Shown here one piece after another: positions 32,756 through 42,072 of a stretch of 64,000 bases of DNA (within the stretch, counting starts at the first letter, position 1; the number at the start of each line of letters is the position of its first letter). Where the stretch lies: NCBI GenBank assembly GCA_913041415.1, contig CAJWHS010000005.1, forward strand, positions 218 to 64,217, written 5' to 3'. The notes beneath the pieces are model-generated. The model saw nothing but the letters and a program-made list of their open reading frames with translations, did not search any database and was not told the origin of the DNA. Source of the stretch: an uncultured Acidimicrobiaceae bacterium (GTDB lineage Bacteria; Actinomycetota; Acidimicrobiia; Acidimicrobiales; Aldehydirespiratoraceae). The translations under genes were made by a program, and so were the position numbers.

Positions 32756-33962
32756 GGTGGGATTCCTTCAGGCCGAACACGAACGCGTTCGGCATCTCGA
32801 TGTGGGGCTCGTCGGTGAGACGCTCGAGATGGTCGACCCTCTGACGGAGCCGATCGAAGAAGGTGCGGATCTCCAAACGGGCTAACGAGGCGCCTAGACA
32901 GAAGTGGGTGCCGAAGCCGAACGAGATGTGGTGGTTCGGCGTGCGGGTGAGGTCGAAGGTCTCGGGGTTCTCGAAATGGGCTGGATCCCGATTCGCAGCG
33001 CCGTACGCCAGCAGCACCTGTTGGCCCTTACGGATGGTGCGGCCGTGGAGCTCGACGTCTTCGGTGGCGGCGCGGCAGAAGTTGTGGATCGGGGTAACCC
33101 AGCGAATGAATTCTTCGGTGGCGATCTCGATGTCGGCGCCGTCCTTAAGGAGCTGCCACTGGTCGGGCCGGTCGGCGAGTTCGAGCAGGGTACGAGCAAT
33201 AACGGTGCGGGTGGTTTCGGCGCCGCCGTCGAGCAACAGCAGGCAGTCGGCGATGATCTGGTCAAGTCCGAACGCCTCACCGCCAACTTCGCCGCCTGTC
33301 GCGGACTCGACCGTGACCCACTTGGTCATCACGTCGTCCATCGGGCAGCCGTTGACGATGTCGGATTTCTTGGTCTCGTAGAGCTCGGCGCAGGCACCGG
33401 CGAACTCCATGGCCGAGATGATGCCCTCCTCTTCGTGGTAGCGCGGGCCGCCGCCGAGAGCGATCGTGGTTTCGGACCAGTGCTGGAGCTTCGGCCACAT
33501 CTCGGTCGGAAAGCCGAGCAGGAGGCCGATCATCTGGGCGGGGAGGGGAGCGGCGAGTTCGGCCACAATCTCGCCTCGACCCCGCTCGAGCACGGGATCG
33601 AGGAGGGCGTCGACGGTGTCGCGAACTTCATCGTCCCACTGGCTCACGGCCCGCGGCGTGAACCGGCGCGAGACGAGGTTGCGGCGGGCGACGTGGAGTG
33701 GATCGTCGGTGCCGATGATCGAACGGTCCGCCGGAATGTTGGGCCGGTAGCCGCCCTTGTCCTTGTCGGAGTTGATGAAGACGTGCTTCTTCTTCTCGAT
33801 ATCGACGATGTCGTCGTAGCGGGTCACCACCCAGAGTTCGTTTGTCTCGTCCCACATGACGGGTTCGTTTTCCCGGAGCCAGGCGTACTTGGCGTAGGCC
33901 TCGCCGTCGACGTAGAACTCGCCGTCGAGGATGTCGAGTTGGCGGGGATTGATTGGCTCCAT
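32742..33962 (-). CDS. cytochrome P450
   Basis: 406-aa ORF with I-helix LLLDGGAETT, the ExxR region, and heme loop FGFGTHFCLGASLARLE. Confidence 0.93.
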   Translation of the reverse strand: MEPINPRQLDILDGEFYVDGEAYAKYAWLRENEPVMWDETNELWVVTRYDDIVDIEKKKHVFINSDKDKGGYRPNIPADRSIIGTDDPLHVARRNLVSRRFTPRAVSQWDDEVRDTVDALLDPVLERGRGEIVAELAAPLPAQMIGLLLGFPTEMWPKLQHWSETTIALGGGPRYHEEEGIISAMEFAGACAELYETKKSDIVNGCPMDDVMTKWVTVESATGGEVGGEAFGLDQIIADCLLLLDGGAETTRTVIARTLLELADRPDQWQLLKDGADIEIATEEFIRWVTPIHNFCRAATEDVELHGRTIRKGQQVLLAYGAANRDPAHFENPETFDLTRTPNHHISFGFGTHFCLGASLARLEIRTFFDRLRQRVDHLERLTDEPHIEMPNAFVFGLKESHLAFT

Positions 33963-34066
33963 TCCCCGACTCTAGGAGGTCGGCAGGGCCGGGCCGAAAC
34001 GGCGGAACCGTGCTCCTCGCTTGATCGATCTGTCCTACGCTCGAAGGTGAATCGCAAGGGAGCCCG

Positions 34067-34555
34067 ATGGACACGATCAGCCTCGCCGCCGCAACAATCC
34101 TCGCCGGGCTGTCGGCCTGCTTGCTCTGCGGGTGGCGGGTCTCTGTCATCCCGGGAACAAGCCGAACCTCGTCGCACGTCTATGTCGAGACGATGCAGTC
34201 GATCAACCGGGCGATTTTGAACCCAGCCTTCTTCCTGGTCTTTCTCGGCGCGACCGTGGCGATCGCCGTAGCGACGGTTGTTTCGTTCGTCGACGACGCC
34301 AACGCCCAAGCCGGGCTGCTCGCCATCGCGTTCGTGCTATACCCCACGACGACGGTCGTCACCACGGCGGTTTGCAACATTCCGCTCAACGACCAACTCG
34401 AAGCCTTTGGCGCCAGCGGGGCGACCAGCGTCGAGGTCGATGCGGCCCGCGCTGCGTTCGAACGTCCGTGGAACCGCTGGCACGATGTTCGCACGGTGAG
34501 TTCGGCATCCGCTTTTGTGTTGTGCGTGCTCGCCGCGTTGGTCGACGTGAGCTGA
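34067..34555 (+). CDS. DUF1772 (anthrone-oxygenase-like) membrane protein
   Basis: 162-aa 4-TM ORF. It contains PLNDQL and a C-terminal W..WH...R pattern as in DUF1772 proteins. Assignment is from memory. Confidence 0.6.
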   Translation: MDTISLAAATILAGLSACLLCGWRVSVIPGTSRTSSHVYVETMQSINRAILNPAFFLVFLGATVAIAVATVVSFVDDANAQAGLLAIAFVLYPTTTVVTTAVCNIPLNDQLEAFGASGATSVEVDAARAAFERPWNRWHDVRTVSSASAFVLCVLAALVDVS

Positions 34556-34556
34556 C

Positions 34557-35267
34557 GTGATCGACGCGCACCTCCACGTTGTCGACGTCTCGTCGGTGCA
34601 GGTGGAGGCCCATCTTGCGCCGAGCGGTGCCTGGTGGGAGCGGGTCGATCCGGCTGCCGAAGCCGTACTCAAGCGGGTTCACACGGCCGGCGTCGAAGGA
34701 ACGGTCTTCGTGCAGGCGATTGCCGCCCACGGCTACGACTGCTCCTACCTCTTGTCGAATGCGCGCTCCGGCGTGGCGCTCGTCGGTGCCGTCGATCCCT
34801 TCGGTCCCGACCCAATTGCCGCCCTCGACACTCTCACTGATGCAGGGATCGACGGGCTGCGATTGTTCTCGATTCGATCGCCTCAACCCTGGCTCGCCGG
34901 TGATGTTGGCCGGGCGCTCGTGGCGAGATGCGTCGAACGTCGGGTCTGTCCGAGCGTATGTGTCCTGCCCGACGAGATCTCGGCGCTCGTTGAACTCGCT
35001 TCAGCGTTCCCCGACACCGAGTTCGCTGTCGACCATGTCGCGTTTGCCGCTGACGATGAGCAGCTCGCCGTGCTGGCTGCGCAGGCGAACCTGTGCCCGA
35101 CCGTCACTGCGACATCGCCGGTGTCCATCGACACGGCGATGCGATGGTTTGGCGCCGACCGCCTGAGTTGGGGGAGCGATCACCCCCAGCACGGCGTCGA
35201 GTATCCGACCCCCGTCGACCTGAGCGCTGCTGGGCGACTTTGGTTCGGGGGCCCTGTCGACCAGTAG
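34557..35267 (+). CDS. amidohydrolase-2 family metal-dependent hydrolase
   Basis: 236-aa ORF with N-terminal IDAHLHV and C-terminal ...WGSDHP, typical of TIM-barrel amidohydrolase_2 proteins. Confidence 0.7.
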   Translation: MIDAHLHVVDVSSVQVEAHLAPSGAWWERVDPAAEAVLKRVHTAGVEGTVFVQAIAAHGYDCSYLLSNARSGVALVGAVDPFGPDPIAALDTLTDAGIDGLRLFSIRSPQPWLAGDVGRALVARCVERRVCPSVCVLPDEISALVELASAFPDTEFAVDHVAFAADDEQLAVLAAQANLCPTVTATSPVSIDTAMRWFGADRLSWGSDHPQHGVEYPTPVDLSAAGRLWFGGPVDQ

Positions 35268-35278
35268 CGTTCGGCGCC

Positions 35279-35746
35279 ATGAGTACCGAACGTCCCTTTC
35301 GAGTCCTCGGCCTTCAGCAGATCGCCATCGGCGGTCTCGACCTCGGTGGGCTGAGTCGCCTGTGGGTCGACACGCTTGGCGTCGAAAAGGTCGGCGAGTA
35401 CGCGAGTGAGTCCGAGAACGTGCAGGAGGACGTCCTACGGCTCGGTTCCGGGGCGCACGCAGTCGAGATCGATCTGATGCAGCCGCTCGACCCAGAGTCG
35501 CGCCCGAAGGTGCACGATCCATCGCTCAACCATGTCGGCCTGTGGGTCGACGATTTGCCCGCGGCCGTCCAGTGGCTCACCGAGCACGGCATGCGCTTCA
35601 CGCCGGGCGGTATTCGCCCCGGTGCGGCCGGTCACGACATCGTGTTCGTTCACCCCAAGGGCAACGACGAGTTCCCGCTATCGGGGGAGGGCGTGTTGAT
35701 TGAGCTCGTTCAGGCCCCCGATGACGTCATCGCAGCGCTCGGCTGA
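35279..35746 (+). CDS. VOC/glyoxalase-family protein (methylmalonyl-CoA-epimerase-like)
   Basis: I chose the internal ATG at 35279. 155 aa with ...[11 protein letters not shown]...VFVHPKG...GVLIELVQ. Confidence 0.7.
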   Translation: MSTERPFRVLGLQQIAIGGLDLGGLSRLWVDTLGVEKVGEYASESENVQEDVLRLGSGAHAVEIDLMQPLDPESRPKVHDPSLNHVGLWVDDLPAAVQWLTEHGMRFTPGGIRPGAAGHDIVFVHPKGNDEFPLSGEGVLIELVQAPDDVIAALG

Positions 35747-35833
35747 CGTTCCGCCAATCGGCCGTCTCGACCCGACCGCGTGCGGTCTCAGCGCGCGCCG
35801 GCTCACGGGTCAAACAGAGCTGCAACGCGAAAC

Positions 35834-35855
35834 GGCCCGGGCCGAAGCCCGAGCC
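35834..35855 (-). terminator. hairpin downstream of the thiolase gene (weak terminator candidate)
   Basis: On the minus-strand RNA: GGCUCGGGC-UUCG-GCCCGGGCC (8 of 9 pairs, UUCG loop) followed by GUUUCG. It lies 34 nt after the thiolase stop, between convergent genes. Confidence 0.35.
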
Positions 35856-35888
35856 ATTTCCAGAAACAGGTGATCGGAAGCGCGTCGA

Positions 35889-37088
35889 TTAGTTGAGGCG
35901 CTCGACGATCATCGCCATGCCCTGGCCGCCACCGACGCACATCGACTCCATGCCGATGGTGGCGCCGGAATCCTCCATGCCGTTGAGCAGGGTAGTCATG
36001 ATGCGGGCACCGGTCATACCGAAGGGGTGGCCGAGAGCGATCGCACCGCCGTTGGGGTTGAGCCTGTCGAGGTTGATGCCAAGTTCGTCGGCTGAGCCGA
36101 GGACCTGGACGGCGAAGGCTTCGTTGATCTCGACGTGATCGATGTCGCCGATGCTCATGCCGGCTCGGGCCATCGCCTGCTTGCAGGCATCTATCGGGCC
36201 GAGGCCCATGATTTCGGGGTTGAGGGCCGAGACGCCGCTGGACACGATGCGAGCGATCGGGTCGAGACCCATCGCCTTAGCCTTGCCGGCGCTCATCACG
36301 AGCACGGCGGCAGCACCATCGTTGAGCGGGCAGGCGTTGCCGGCGGTGACGGTGCCGTCGGGACGGAACACCGGGGCGAGGGTCGAGACCTTCTCTAGGG
36401 TGGTGCCGGGGCGGATACCGTCGTCCTGCGACACCACGGTGCCGTCGGGAAGGGTGTAGGGGGTGATTTCACGCTCGAAGAACCCGCGGGCGAGGGCGGC
36501 CTCGGCGCGGTTCTGCGACGAAACACCCCACTCGTCCTGACGCTCACGGCTGATGCCGGTGTGCTGCACCACGTTCTCGGCAGTCTGGCCCATCGCGATG
36601 TAGATGTCGGGCACGCCGGCGGGCGGCTGCCACCCATCGTTTCCGCCGGCGGAACGCTCCTTCGTGCGGGTCTCGGCATCGGCGAAGATCCCGTTGTGCG
36701 GGCCGGTGTCGGCGGCGCCGTGCATGTAGCGGCTGACGGTTTCGACACCACCGGCGGCGAAGCAGTCGCCCTCACCAGCCATGATCGCGTGGGCGGCCAT
36801 GCGGATGGTCTGCAGCGACGACGAGCAGTAGCGGTTGACGGTGACGCCAGGAAGGTCGAGGCCCTGCTGGGCGGAGATCACGCGGGCGATGTTGTAGCCA
36901 CCCTCACCGCCGGGCTGGCCGATACCCCAGATGACGTCTTCGACCTCGTTGGGGTCCATGTCGACCTTGCTGAGCACGTCGCTCAGGGTGTGGGCCGACA
37001 TGTCGTCGGGACGGGCGTCGACCAGCGAACCCTTGTTGGCCCTACCGATCGGGGTACGGGACGTGGACACGATGACGGCGTCTGACAT
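35889..37088 (-). CDS. acetyl-CoA C-acetyltransferase (thiolase II)
   Basis: 399-aa ORF with active-site Cys block VNRYCSSSLQ, NEAFAVQ, and C-terminal CVGGGQGMAM. Confidence 0.93.
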   Translation of the reverse strand: MSDAVIVSTSRTPIGRANKGSLVDARPDDMSAHTLSDVLSKVDMDPNEVEDVIWGIGQPGGEGGYNIARVISAQQGLDLPGVTVNRYCSSSLQTIRMAAHAIMAGEGDCFAAGGVETVSRYMHGAADTGPHNGIFADAETRTKERSAGGNDGWQPPAGVPDIYIAMGQTAENVVQHTGISRERQDEWGVSSQNRAEAALARGFFEREITPYTLPDGTVVSQDDGIRPGTTLEKVSTLAPVFRPDGTVTAGNACPLNDGAAAVLVMSAGKAKAMGLDPIARIVSSGVSALNPEIMGLGPIDACKQAMARAGMSIGDIDHVEINEAFAVQVLGSADELGINLDRLNPNGGAIALGHPFGMTGARIMTTLLNGMEDSGATIGMESMCVGGGQGMAMIVERLN

Positions 37089-37116
37089 GGCTTCTCCTCA
37101 AGGGGGATCTCGTGAG

Positions 37117-37142
37117 CCAACGTTAACAACTGACAACGGTGG
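37117..37142. promoter_or_regulatory. imperfect 26-bp inverted repeat in the divergent thiolase/ALDH promoter region (operator candidate)
   Basis: CCAACGTTAACAACTGACAACGGTGG matches its own reverse complement at 18 of 26 positions. It lies in the 119-bp divergent intergenic region. Confidence 0.3.
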
Positions 37143-37207
37143 TGCGTTAGCCCCTAGTTCGGCGAAGGATTCGGCGGCAACGACGACCTGACGTATCGTC
37201 TGCACCC

Positions 37208-38674
37208 ATGAGCGCGATCGACGTCGATAAGAACTGGCATCTACTGATCAACGGTGAATGGGTCGAGCCGGCCACTGGTACCTACGACGTCATCGATCCA
37301 GCCACCACGAAGGTTGTCGGTCGCGCACCGGAGGCGAGCGTTCAGCAGGCCGAGGATGCCGCAGCGGCAGCCAAAGCGGCGTCCGTCGCCTGGAAGAACA
37401 CGTCGCCCACCGAGCGGTGTGCCGCGATCGGGCGTCTCGCAGATGAGGTCGCGAAACGTTCGGCGGATTGGGTGCCCACGGTGCAGGCCGAGACGGGTGC
37501 GCTCAAGAAGATCACCGAGACGCTGCAGGTCGGTGGTCCCGCGGTCGACCGTTTCCGCTACTACTCGAATCCCATCGATCTTGACGAAAGCCTCGCTCCC
37601 GTCCCTGTCGCCAAGGGACCGCTGGGCCCGGCCGGACTCATGTCGGCCCGGGTGAAGCACCAGCCGGTTGGTGTCGTCGCCTGTATCACCCCCTACAACT
37701 TCCCGATCACCAACGTGGCCGGCAAGATTGCGCCAGCGCTCGCCGCCGGCTGCACCATTGTCATCAAGCCGGCGCCGCAGGATCCGCTCGGCATCTTCCT
37801 GCTCGGTGAGGCGATCGACGCCGCTGGCTTCCCGCCTGGCGTGGTCAACATCGTGAACGGCGCCGGCCCGGAGGTCCCGGCTGCGCTCGTCGACACCAGC
37901 AACGTCGACATGATCTCGTTCACCGGCTCCACCGGTGTCGGCACCAAGATTATGGAGAACGGCGGCAAGACCATGAAGCGGCTTCTCATGGAACTCGGTG
38001 GCAAGGGTGCTGCGATCGTCACCGAGGATGCCGACATTGGCGTCGCCGCTCAGGCGATCGCCACCGTGTGGGGCTTCCACAGCGGCCAGATCTGCACGGC
38101 ACCGACCCGCGTGATCGCCCACAAGGACATCTACGACCAGCTGGTCGAGACCCTCAAGACGTTCGCCGGGTTCATGCCGGTCGGCGATCCCAACGCCGAT
38201 GGCACGATCGTCGGCCCGGTCATCACCGAACTTCACCGCGATCGCGTCGAGGCGTTCATCAAGAGCGGCACCGACGCCGGCGCCACCCTCGTCGTCGGCG
38301 GCGAACGTCCTGAACTCGACGGTTACTACATCGCCCCCACACTGCTCGCCGACTGCACCCCCGACATGCATGTGGTGCGGGAGGAGGCGTTCGGCCCGGT
38401 GATCGTGGTGATGCCCTATGAGGACGACAACCACGCCGTTGCCCTGGCCAACGACTCCGACTACGGCCTGTTCAGCTATGTCTTCTGTGGCGACACGAAC
38501 CGTGCGTACGGGATCGGGCAGCAACTCGAGTCGGGCAACGTCGGTCTCAACGTCATCCAGCCCCACATGGAGGCCCCGTTCGGCGGTTTCAAGATGTCGG
38601 GTGTCGGTCGCGACCGCGGCAAGTGGGGGATCGAGGCCTACAGCGAAATCCAGTCGATCAACTGGATCGGCTGA
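37208..38674 (+). CDS. NAD(P)-dependent aldehyde dehydrogenase
   Basis: 488-aa ORF with the catalytic Glu block ELGGKGA and the Cys block GQICTAPTR. Confidence 0.93.
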   Translation: MSAIDVDKNWHLLINGEWVEPATGTYDVIDPATTKVVGRAPEASVQQAEDAAAAAKAASVAWKNTSPTERCAAIGRLADEVAKRSADWVPTVQAETGALKKITETLQVGGPAVDRFRYYSNPIDLDESLAPVPVAKGPLGPAGLMSARVKHQPVGVVACITPYNFPITNVAGKIAPALAAGCTIVIKPAPQDPLGIFLLGEAIDAAGFPPGVVNIVNGAGPEVPAALVDTSNVDMISFTGSTGVGTKIMENGGKTMKRLLMELGGKGAAIVTEDADIGVAAQAIATVWGFHSGQICTAPTRVIAHKDIYDQLVETLKTFAGFMPVGDPNADGTIVGPVITELHRDRVEAFIKSGTDAGATLVVGGERPELDGYYIAPTLLADCTPDMHVVREEAFGPVIVVMPYEDDNHAVALANDSDYGLFSYVFCGDTNRAYGIGQQLESGNVGLNVIQPHMEAPFGGFKMSGVGRDRGKWGIEAYSEIQSINWIG

Positions 38675-38766
38675 ACGCTTCGGGGAGCGACCCGGCTGAC
38701 GTAGCGCGAGCGGGTGTCGGGTGCAGGATCTTGAACCGCAGTGGCGCGGTGGGAGAGGATCAGTCC

Positions 38767-39969
38767 GTGCAATCACCCCCGCTCGATGGTTTCCGTTTGA
38801 TCGAGGGGTCGGCCTTCGTCGCCGCCCCATCAGGAGGCATGACCCTCGCTCAGCTTGGTGCTGATGTCATCCGTTTCGATCAGATCGGCGGTGGGATCGA
38901 CTATCGGCGTTGGCCGCTGACCGACGCTGGCGAATCGATCTATTGGGCCGGCCTGAACAAGGGGAAGCGCTCGATCGCCGTTGACCTTCGCAGCGATCGG
39001 GCGAAGGAACTGCTCTCGGGCCTCGTTACAGACGCAGGCAACGTCCTCACCAACTTTCCGGCCCGCGGCTGGATGTCTCACGAGGCGCTGTCGGCGCAAC
39101 GACCGGATCTGGTGATGCTCGCCATCACCGGCAACCGAGACGGCTCCACCGCCCTCGACTACACGGTGAATTGTGCGGTGGGGTACCCGACGGCGACCGG
39201 CCCGGCCGGCGAGCACGAGCCGATCAACCACGTGATGCCCGCATGGGATCTCATCTGTGGTCAGACCGCAGCCCTCGGCATGCTCGCCGCCGATCGCCAC
39301 CGAACCCGGACGGGGGAGGGGTCATCGATGTCGCTCGCGCTGTCCGACGTCGCCTTCGTCGCCGTCAGCGCGCTCGGCCATGTCGCCGAGGCCCAGATCA
39401 ACGGCAACGAACGTGAGCGGTTCGGCAACGATCTCTATGGTGCGTACGGCACCACCTTCACCACCGCCGACGGTGTCGTCGTATACGCGGTCGGCATCTC
39501 CCCGAAGCAGTGGTCGGGTCTCCTCGAGGCAACGAACGCCACGGAGGCCGTCGCAGAGATCGAGGCCGAGCACGGGGTCAGTTTCCGAGATGAGGGCGAA
39601 CGCTTCGTGCACCGGGAGGCGATCACTGCTGCGATCGCTCCGTGGATCGCTGCTCACGGCATCGATGAGGTCGCTGCTCGCTTCGATGACCTCGGGGTCT
39701 GCTGGGGGCGCTACCAGACCTTCAGAGAGCTCGTTGACGACGACCCGCGGGTCTCGATCGAGAGCGAACTCTTCCGAAACGTCGACCAGCCGAACATCGG
39801 CACCTATCTCACGCCCGGTTCGCCCGTTGCGTTCGACGGCAAGCTCCCGGTCGAGCCGACCCCTGCACCTCGCCTGGGGGAGCACACCGAGGCCATCCTC
39901 GCCGAAGTACTCGGTCTCAGTGCTGCCGAGATCGGGTCGTTGCACGACGACGGCGTCGTCGCCTCGTGA
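38767..39969 (+). CDS. family III CoA-transferase (CaiB/BaiF)
   Basis: I chose the GTG at 38767, preceded by GGGAGAGGA. LIEGSAFVAAPSGGMTLAQLGADVIRFD is the typical N-terminal family III motif. Confidence 0.85.
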   Translation: MQSPPLDGFRLIEGSAFVAAPSGGMTLAQLGADVIRFDQIGGGIDYRRWPLTDAGESIYWAGLNKGKRSIAVDLRSDRAKELLSGLVTDAGNVLTNFPARGWMSHEALSAQRPDLVMLAITGNRDGSTALDYTVNCAVGYPTATGPAGEHEPINHVMPAWDLICGQTAALGMLAADRHRTRTGEGSSMSLALSDVAFVAVSALGHVAEAQINGNERERFGNDLYGAYGTTFTTADGVVVYAVGISPKQWSGLLEATNATEAVAEIEAEHGVSFRDEGERFVHREAITAAIAPWIAAHGIDEVAARFDDLGVCWGRYQTFRELVDDDPRVSIESELFRNVDQPNIGTYLTPGSPVAFDGKLPVEPTPAPRLGEHTEAILAEVLGLSAAEIGSLHDDGVVAS

Positions 39970-40571
39970 ACGACGACAAGCTTGAGTGGGTCTTCGTTTC
40001 GGGCGACAACCAGCAGCTAGCCGATCGCTATGATCGCTGGGCCACCCAGTACGACGCTGACCATAACGGGTGGGAATGGATCGGCCCGGCGAAGGCGGTC
40101 GAGCAGCTGCTTGCGCTCGGCAAGCTGTCGACGGTGCTCGACGCCAGATGCGGCACCGGTCGAGTCGGTGCCGAACTTGCCGCCACCGGTTGGGACGGCA
40201 CGCTCGTTGGCGCCGCCCTGTCGGCCGGAATGCTCGCCGTTGCTGCCGAGACGGCCCACTACGAGCGGCTGGTGCAGGCATCGCTCACCGAACTCCTGCT
40301 CGAGGACGGGTGCGTTGATGCAGTGATCGCGACCGGAGTCTTCACGCACGGCCACGTTCGACCCGAAGCGTTTATGGAGGTGCTGCGAGTGGTGCGGTCG
40401 GGTGGTTGAGTGGCCATCACCTGTCGCAACGAGGTCTGGGCCGAGCTAGAACCGGCCGCTGCCGATAACGAGGCAGCCTGTCGCTGGTAGTTGCACAAAC
40501 GCACGGCGCCGGAATCGTTCGACGACCAAGACGATCTTCCGCAGTCGGTCGTGATCTGGCAAGTGTGCTGA
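39966..40571 (+). pseudogene. class I SAM-dependent methyltransferase interrupted by two in-frame stops
   Basis: The ORF 39966..40409 (LDARCGTGRVG SAM motif) ends ...RSGG-TGA. The same frame continues VAITCRNEVWAELEPAAADNEAACRW-TAG-LHKRTAPESFDDQDDLPQSVVIWQVC-TGA (40569-40571). Total length is about 200 codons, the normal size for the family. Confidence 0.6.
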
Positions 40572-40643
40572 CACGCGCAACAGGTGGCCCGAGGGTGCCG
40601 GTGGGTTTCCATCTGAGTAGTTCAGGTCTTCACTATCCGTCCA

Positions 40644-40696
40644 AGCGCTATGAATATGCAGCGCTATCTCTCGAATAGATGTTAGTTAGCGCTAAC
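40644..40696. promoter_or_regulatory. repeated AGCGCTA motifs and a 12-bp perfect palindrome upstream of whiB
   Basis: AGCGCTAT occurs at 40644-40651 and 40660-40667. The perfect palindrome GTTAGCGCTAAC is at 40685-40696. All lie in a locally AT-richer 250-bp intergenic region about 120 bp upstream of the whiB start. Confidence 0.35.
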
Positions 40697-40817
40697 AATC
40701 ATCGCCGAGCCCTTCACCAGTGCATCGGTTTTCCGTAGATTCTCCGTAGTGCTTATCGAGGAACCAAGCGCTTCGCCGAGTGGTGGAGTGGCGGTCCTCA
40801 GAGAAGTGAGGCCCCCC

Positions 40818-41159
40818 ATGCTCGACATCATCGAAACCGAAGTCACTGGTCCCGTCGGCCCCACCGGCTGGATGGAGGTGGCTAAGTGCACCGGCAAGAG
40901 CGAGTTGTTCTTCGCTCCGTTTGCAGAGCGACCGGAAGCTCGTGTACGCCGAGAGGCGAAGGCTAGGGCCATCTGCGAAGGCTGCGAAGCCCTAGAGATG
41001 TGCCAGACCTACGCACGTACCAACCGAGAATTGGGCTTCTGGGGTGGTGAGTCTGAGTCAGAGCGGTCCGACGCCGGCTTCCCTCCAACCACACCGATCA
41101 TCGGTCGTAAGCGTGTGGCCGAAGAGCGGGCCCGTTCCGCAATGGCGCGGGCTTCCTGA
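40818..41159 (+). CDS. whiB: WhiB-family transcriptional regulator
   Basis: I chose the internal ATG at 40818, after GAAGTGAGG. Four Cys in the Wbl arrangement (AKCTG...ICEGCEALEMC), followed by the GFWGG turn and a basic tail. Confidence 0.85.
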   Translation: MLDIIETEVTGPVGPTGWMEVAKCTGKSELFFAPFAERPEARVRREAKARAICEGCEALEMCQTYARTNRELGFWGGESESERSDAGFPPTTPIIGRKRVAEERARSAMARAS

Positions 41160-41178
41160 CCCGAGTCAGGATGGGCGA

Positions 41179-42072
41179 GTGAACTCGCCCTGTTGTTCGC
41201 CCCAGCGCGAGCCAAGATCCCCCACGACGAACCGTCCGTCACCCACGGACGGTTCGTTCGCGTCCGTGCCCGCTTCCGATGTGGTCGAGATCCCGGCGGG
41301 ATCGTTCCGGATGGGGACCGACGATGACCGCTTCCCCTCCGATCGGGAGGGCCCGGTTCGCAGCGTCGACGTGCCGGCATTCGCCATCGGTCGGGCACCT
41401 GTCACCAACGCCGAATTCGCAGCATTCGTCGAACGCACCGGTCTCATCACCCTGGCCGAATCCGACGGATGGACGTTCGTCTTCGCTGGCCTCTTGCCCC
41501 ATGACTTCCCACCGACTCGTGGTGTTGCCGGAGCTGAGTGGTGGCGAGCGGTCGAGGGTGCCGACTGGCGCCATCCGGCCGGTCCGCACTCCGATCTCGA
41601 GGGCCTCGACGACCATCCCGTGGTGCACGTCAACTGGTTCGAGGCCCAGGCCTATTCCGAGTGGGTGGGGGGCCGCCTCCCGACCGAGGCCGAGTGGGAG
41701 AAGGCCGCCCGCGGTGGCCTCGACCAGGCCCGCTACGCCTGGGGCGACGAACTGACACCCAGTGGCGAACACCGCTGTAACATCTGGCAGGGCACGTTCC
41801 CCACCCAGAATGCACTCGTCGACGGCTGGTTGGGTACGTCACCGGTCGGGAGCTTCGAGCCGAATGGGTTTGGGCTTGTCGACGTCGCCGGAAACGTCTG
41901 GGAGTGGACCTCCGACTGGTGGGACGAGCGGGCTGAAGCCCGTGCGATGCGCGGCGGCAGCTATCTCTGCCACGACTCGTATTGCAATCGCTATCGGGTG
42001 GGTGCTCGGAGTTCGAACACGCCGGATACGCCGACGGGCAATCTCGGCTTCCGCGTTGCCTGGGACCGTTAG
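41179..42072 (+). CDS. formylglycine-generating enzyme family protein (SUMF1/EgtB-like sulfatase-modifying domain)
   Basis: The translation has IPAGSFRMG, HPVVHVNWFEA, LPTEAEWEKAARGG, NVWEWT and RGGSYLCHDSYCNRYRVGAR. The start is uncertain: GTG 41179 or GTG 41266. Confidence 0.85.
   Translation: MNSPCCSPQREPRSPTTNRPSPTDGSFASVPASDVVEIPAGSFRMGTDDDRFPSDREGPVRSVDVPAFAIGRAPVTNAEFAAFVERTGLITLAESDGWTFVFAGLLPHDFPPTRGVAGAEWWRAVEGADWRHPAGPHSDLEGLDDHPVVHVNWFEAQAYSEWVGGRLPTEAEWEKAARGGLDQARYAWGDELTPSGEHRCNIWQGTFPTQNALVDGWLGTSPVGSFEPNGFGLVDVAGNVWEWTSDWWDERAEARAMRGGSYLCHDSYCNRYRVGARSSNTPDTPTGNLGFRVAWDR

Noticed and set aside
41090-41159. Possible WhiB7-type AT-hook in the basic C-terminal tail of the WhiB protein (…IIGRKRVAEERARS…), given the AT-richer upstream region.
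   Set aside because: The AT-hook core R-G-R-P is not present, and the WhiB7-specific EPW motif is absent. I therefore call the protein only a generic Wbl regulator.
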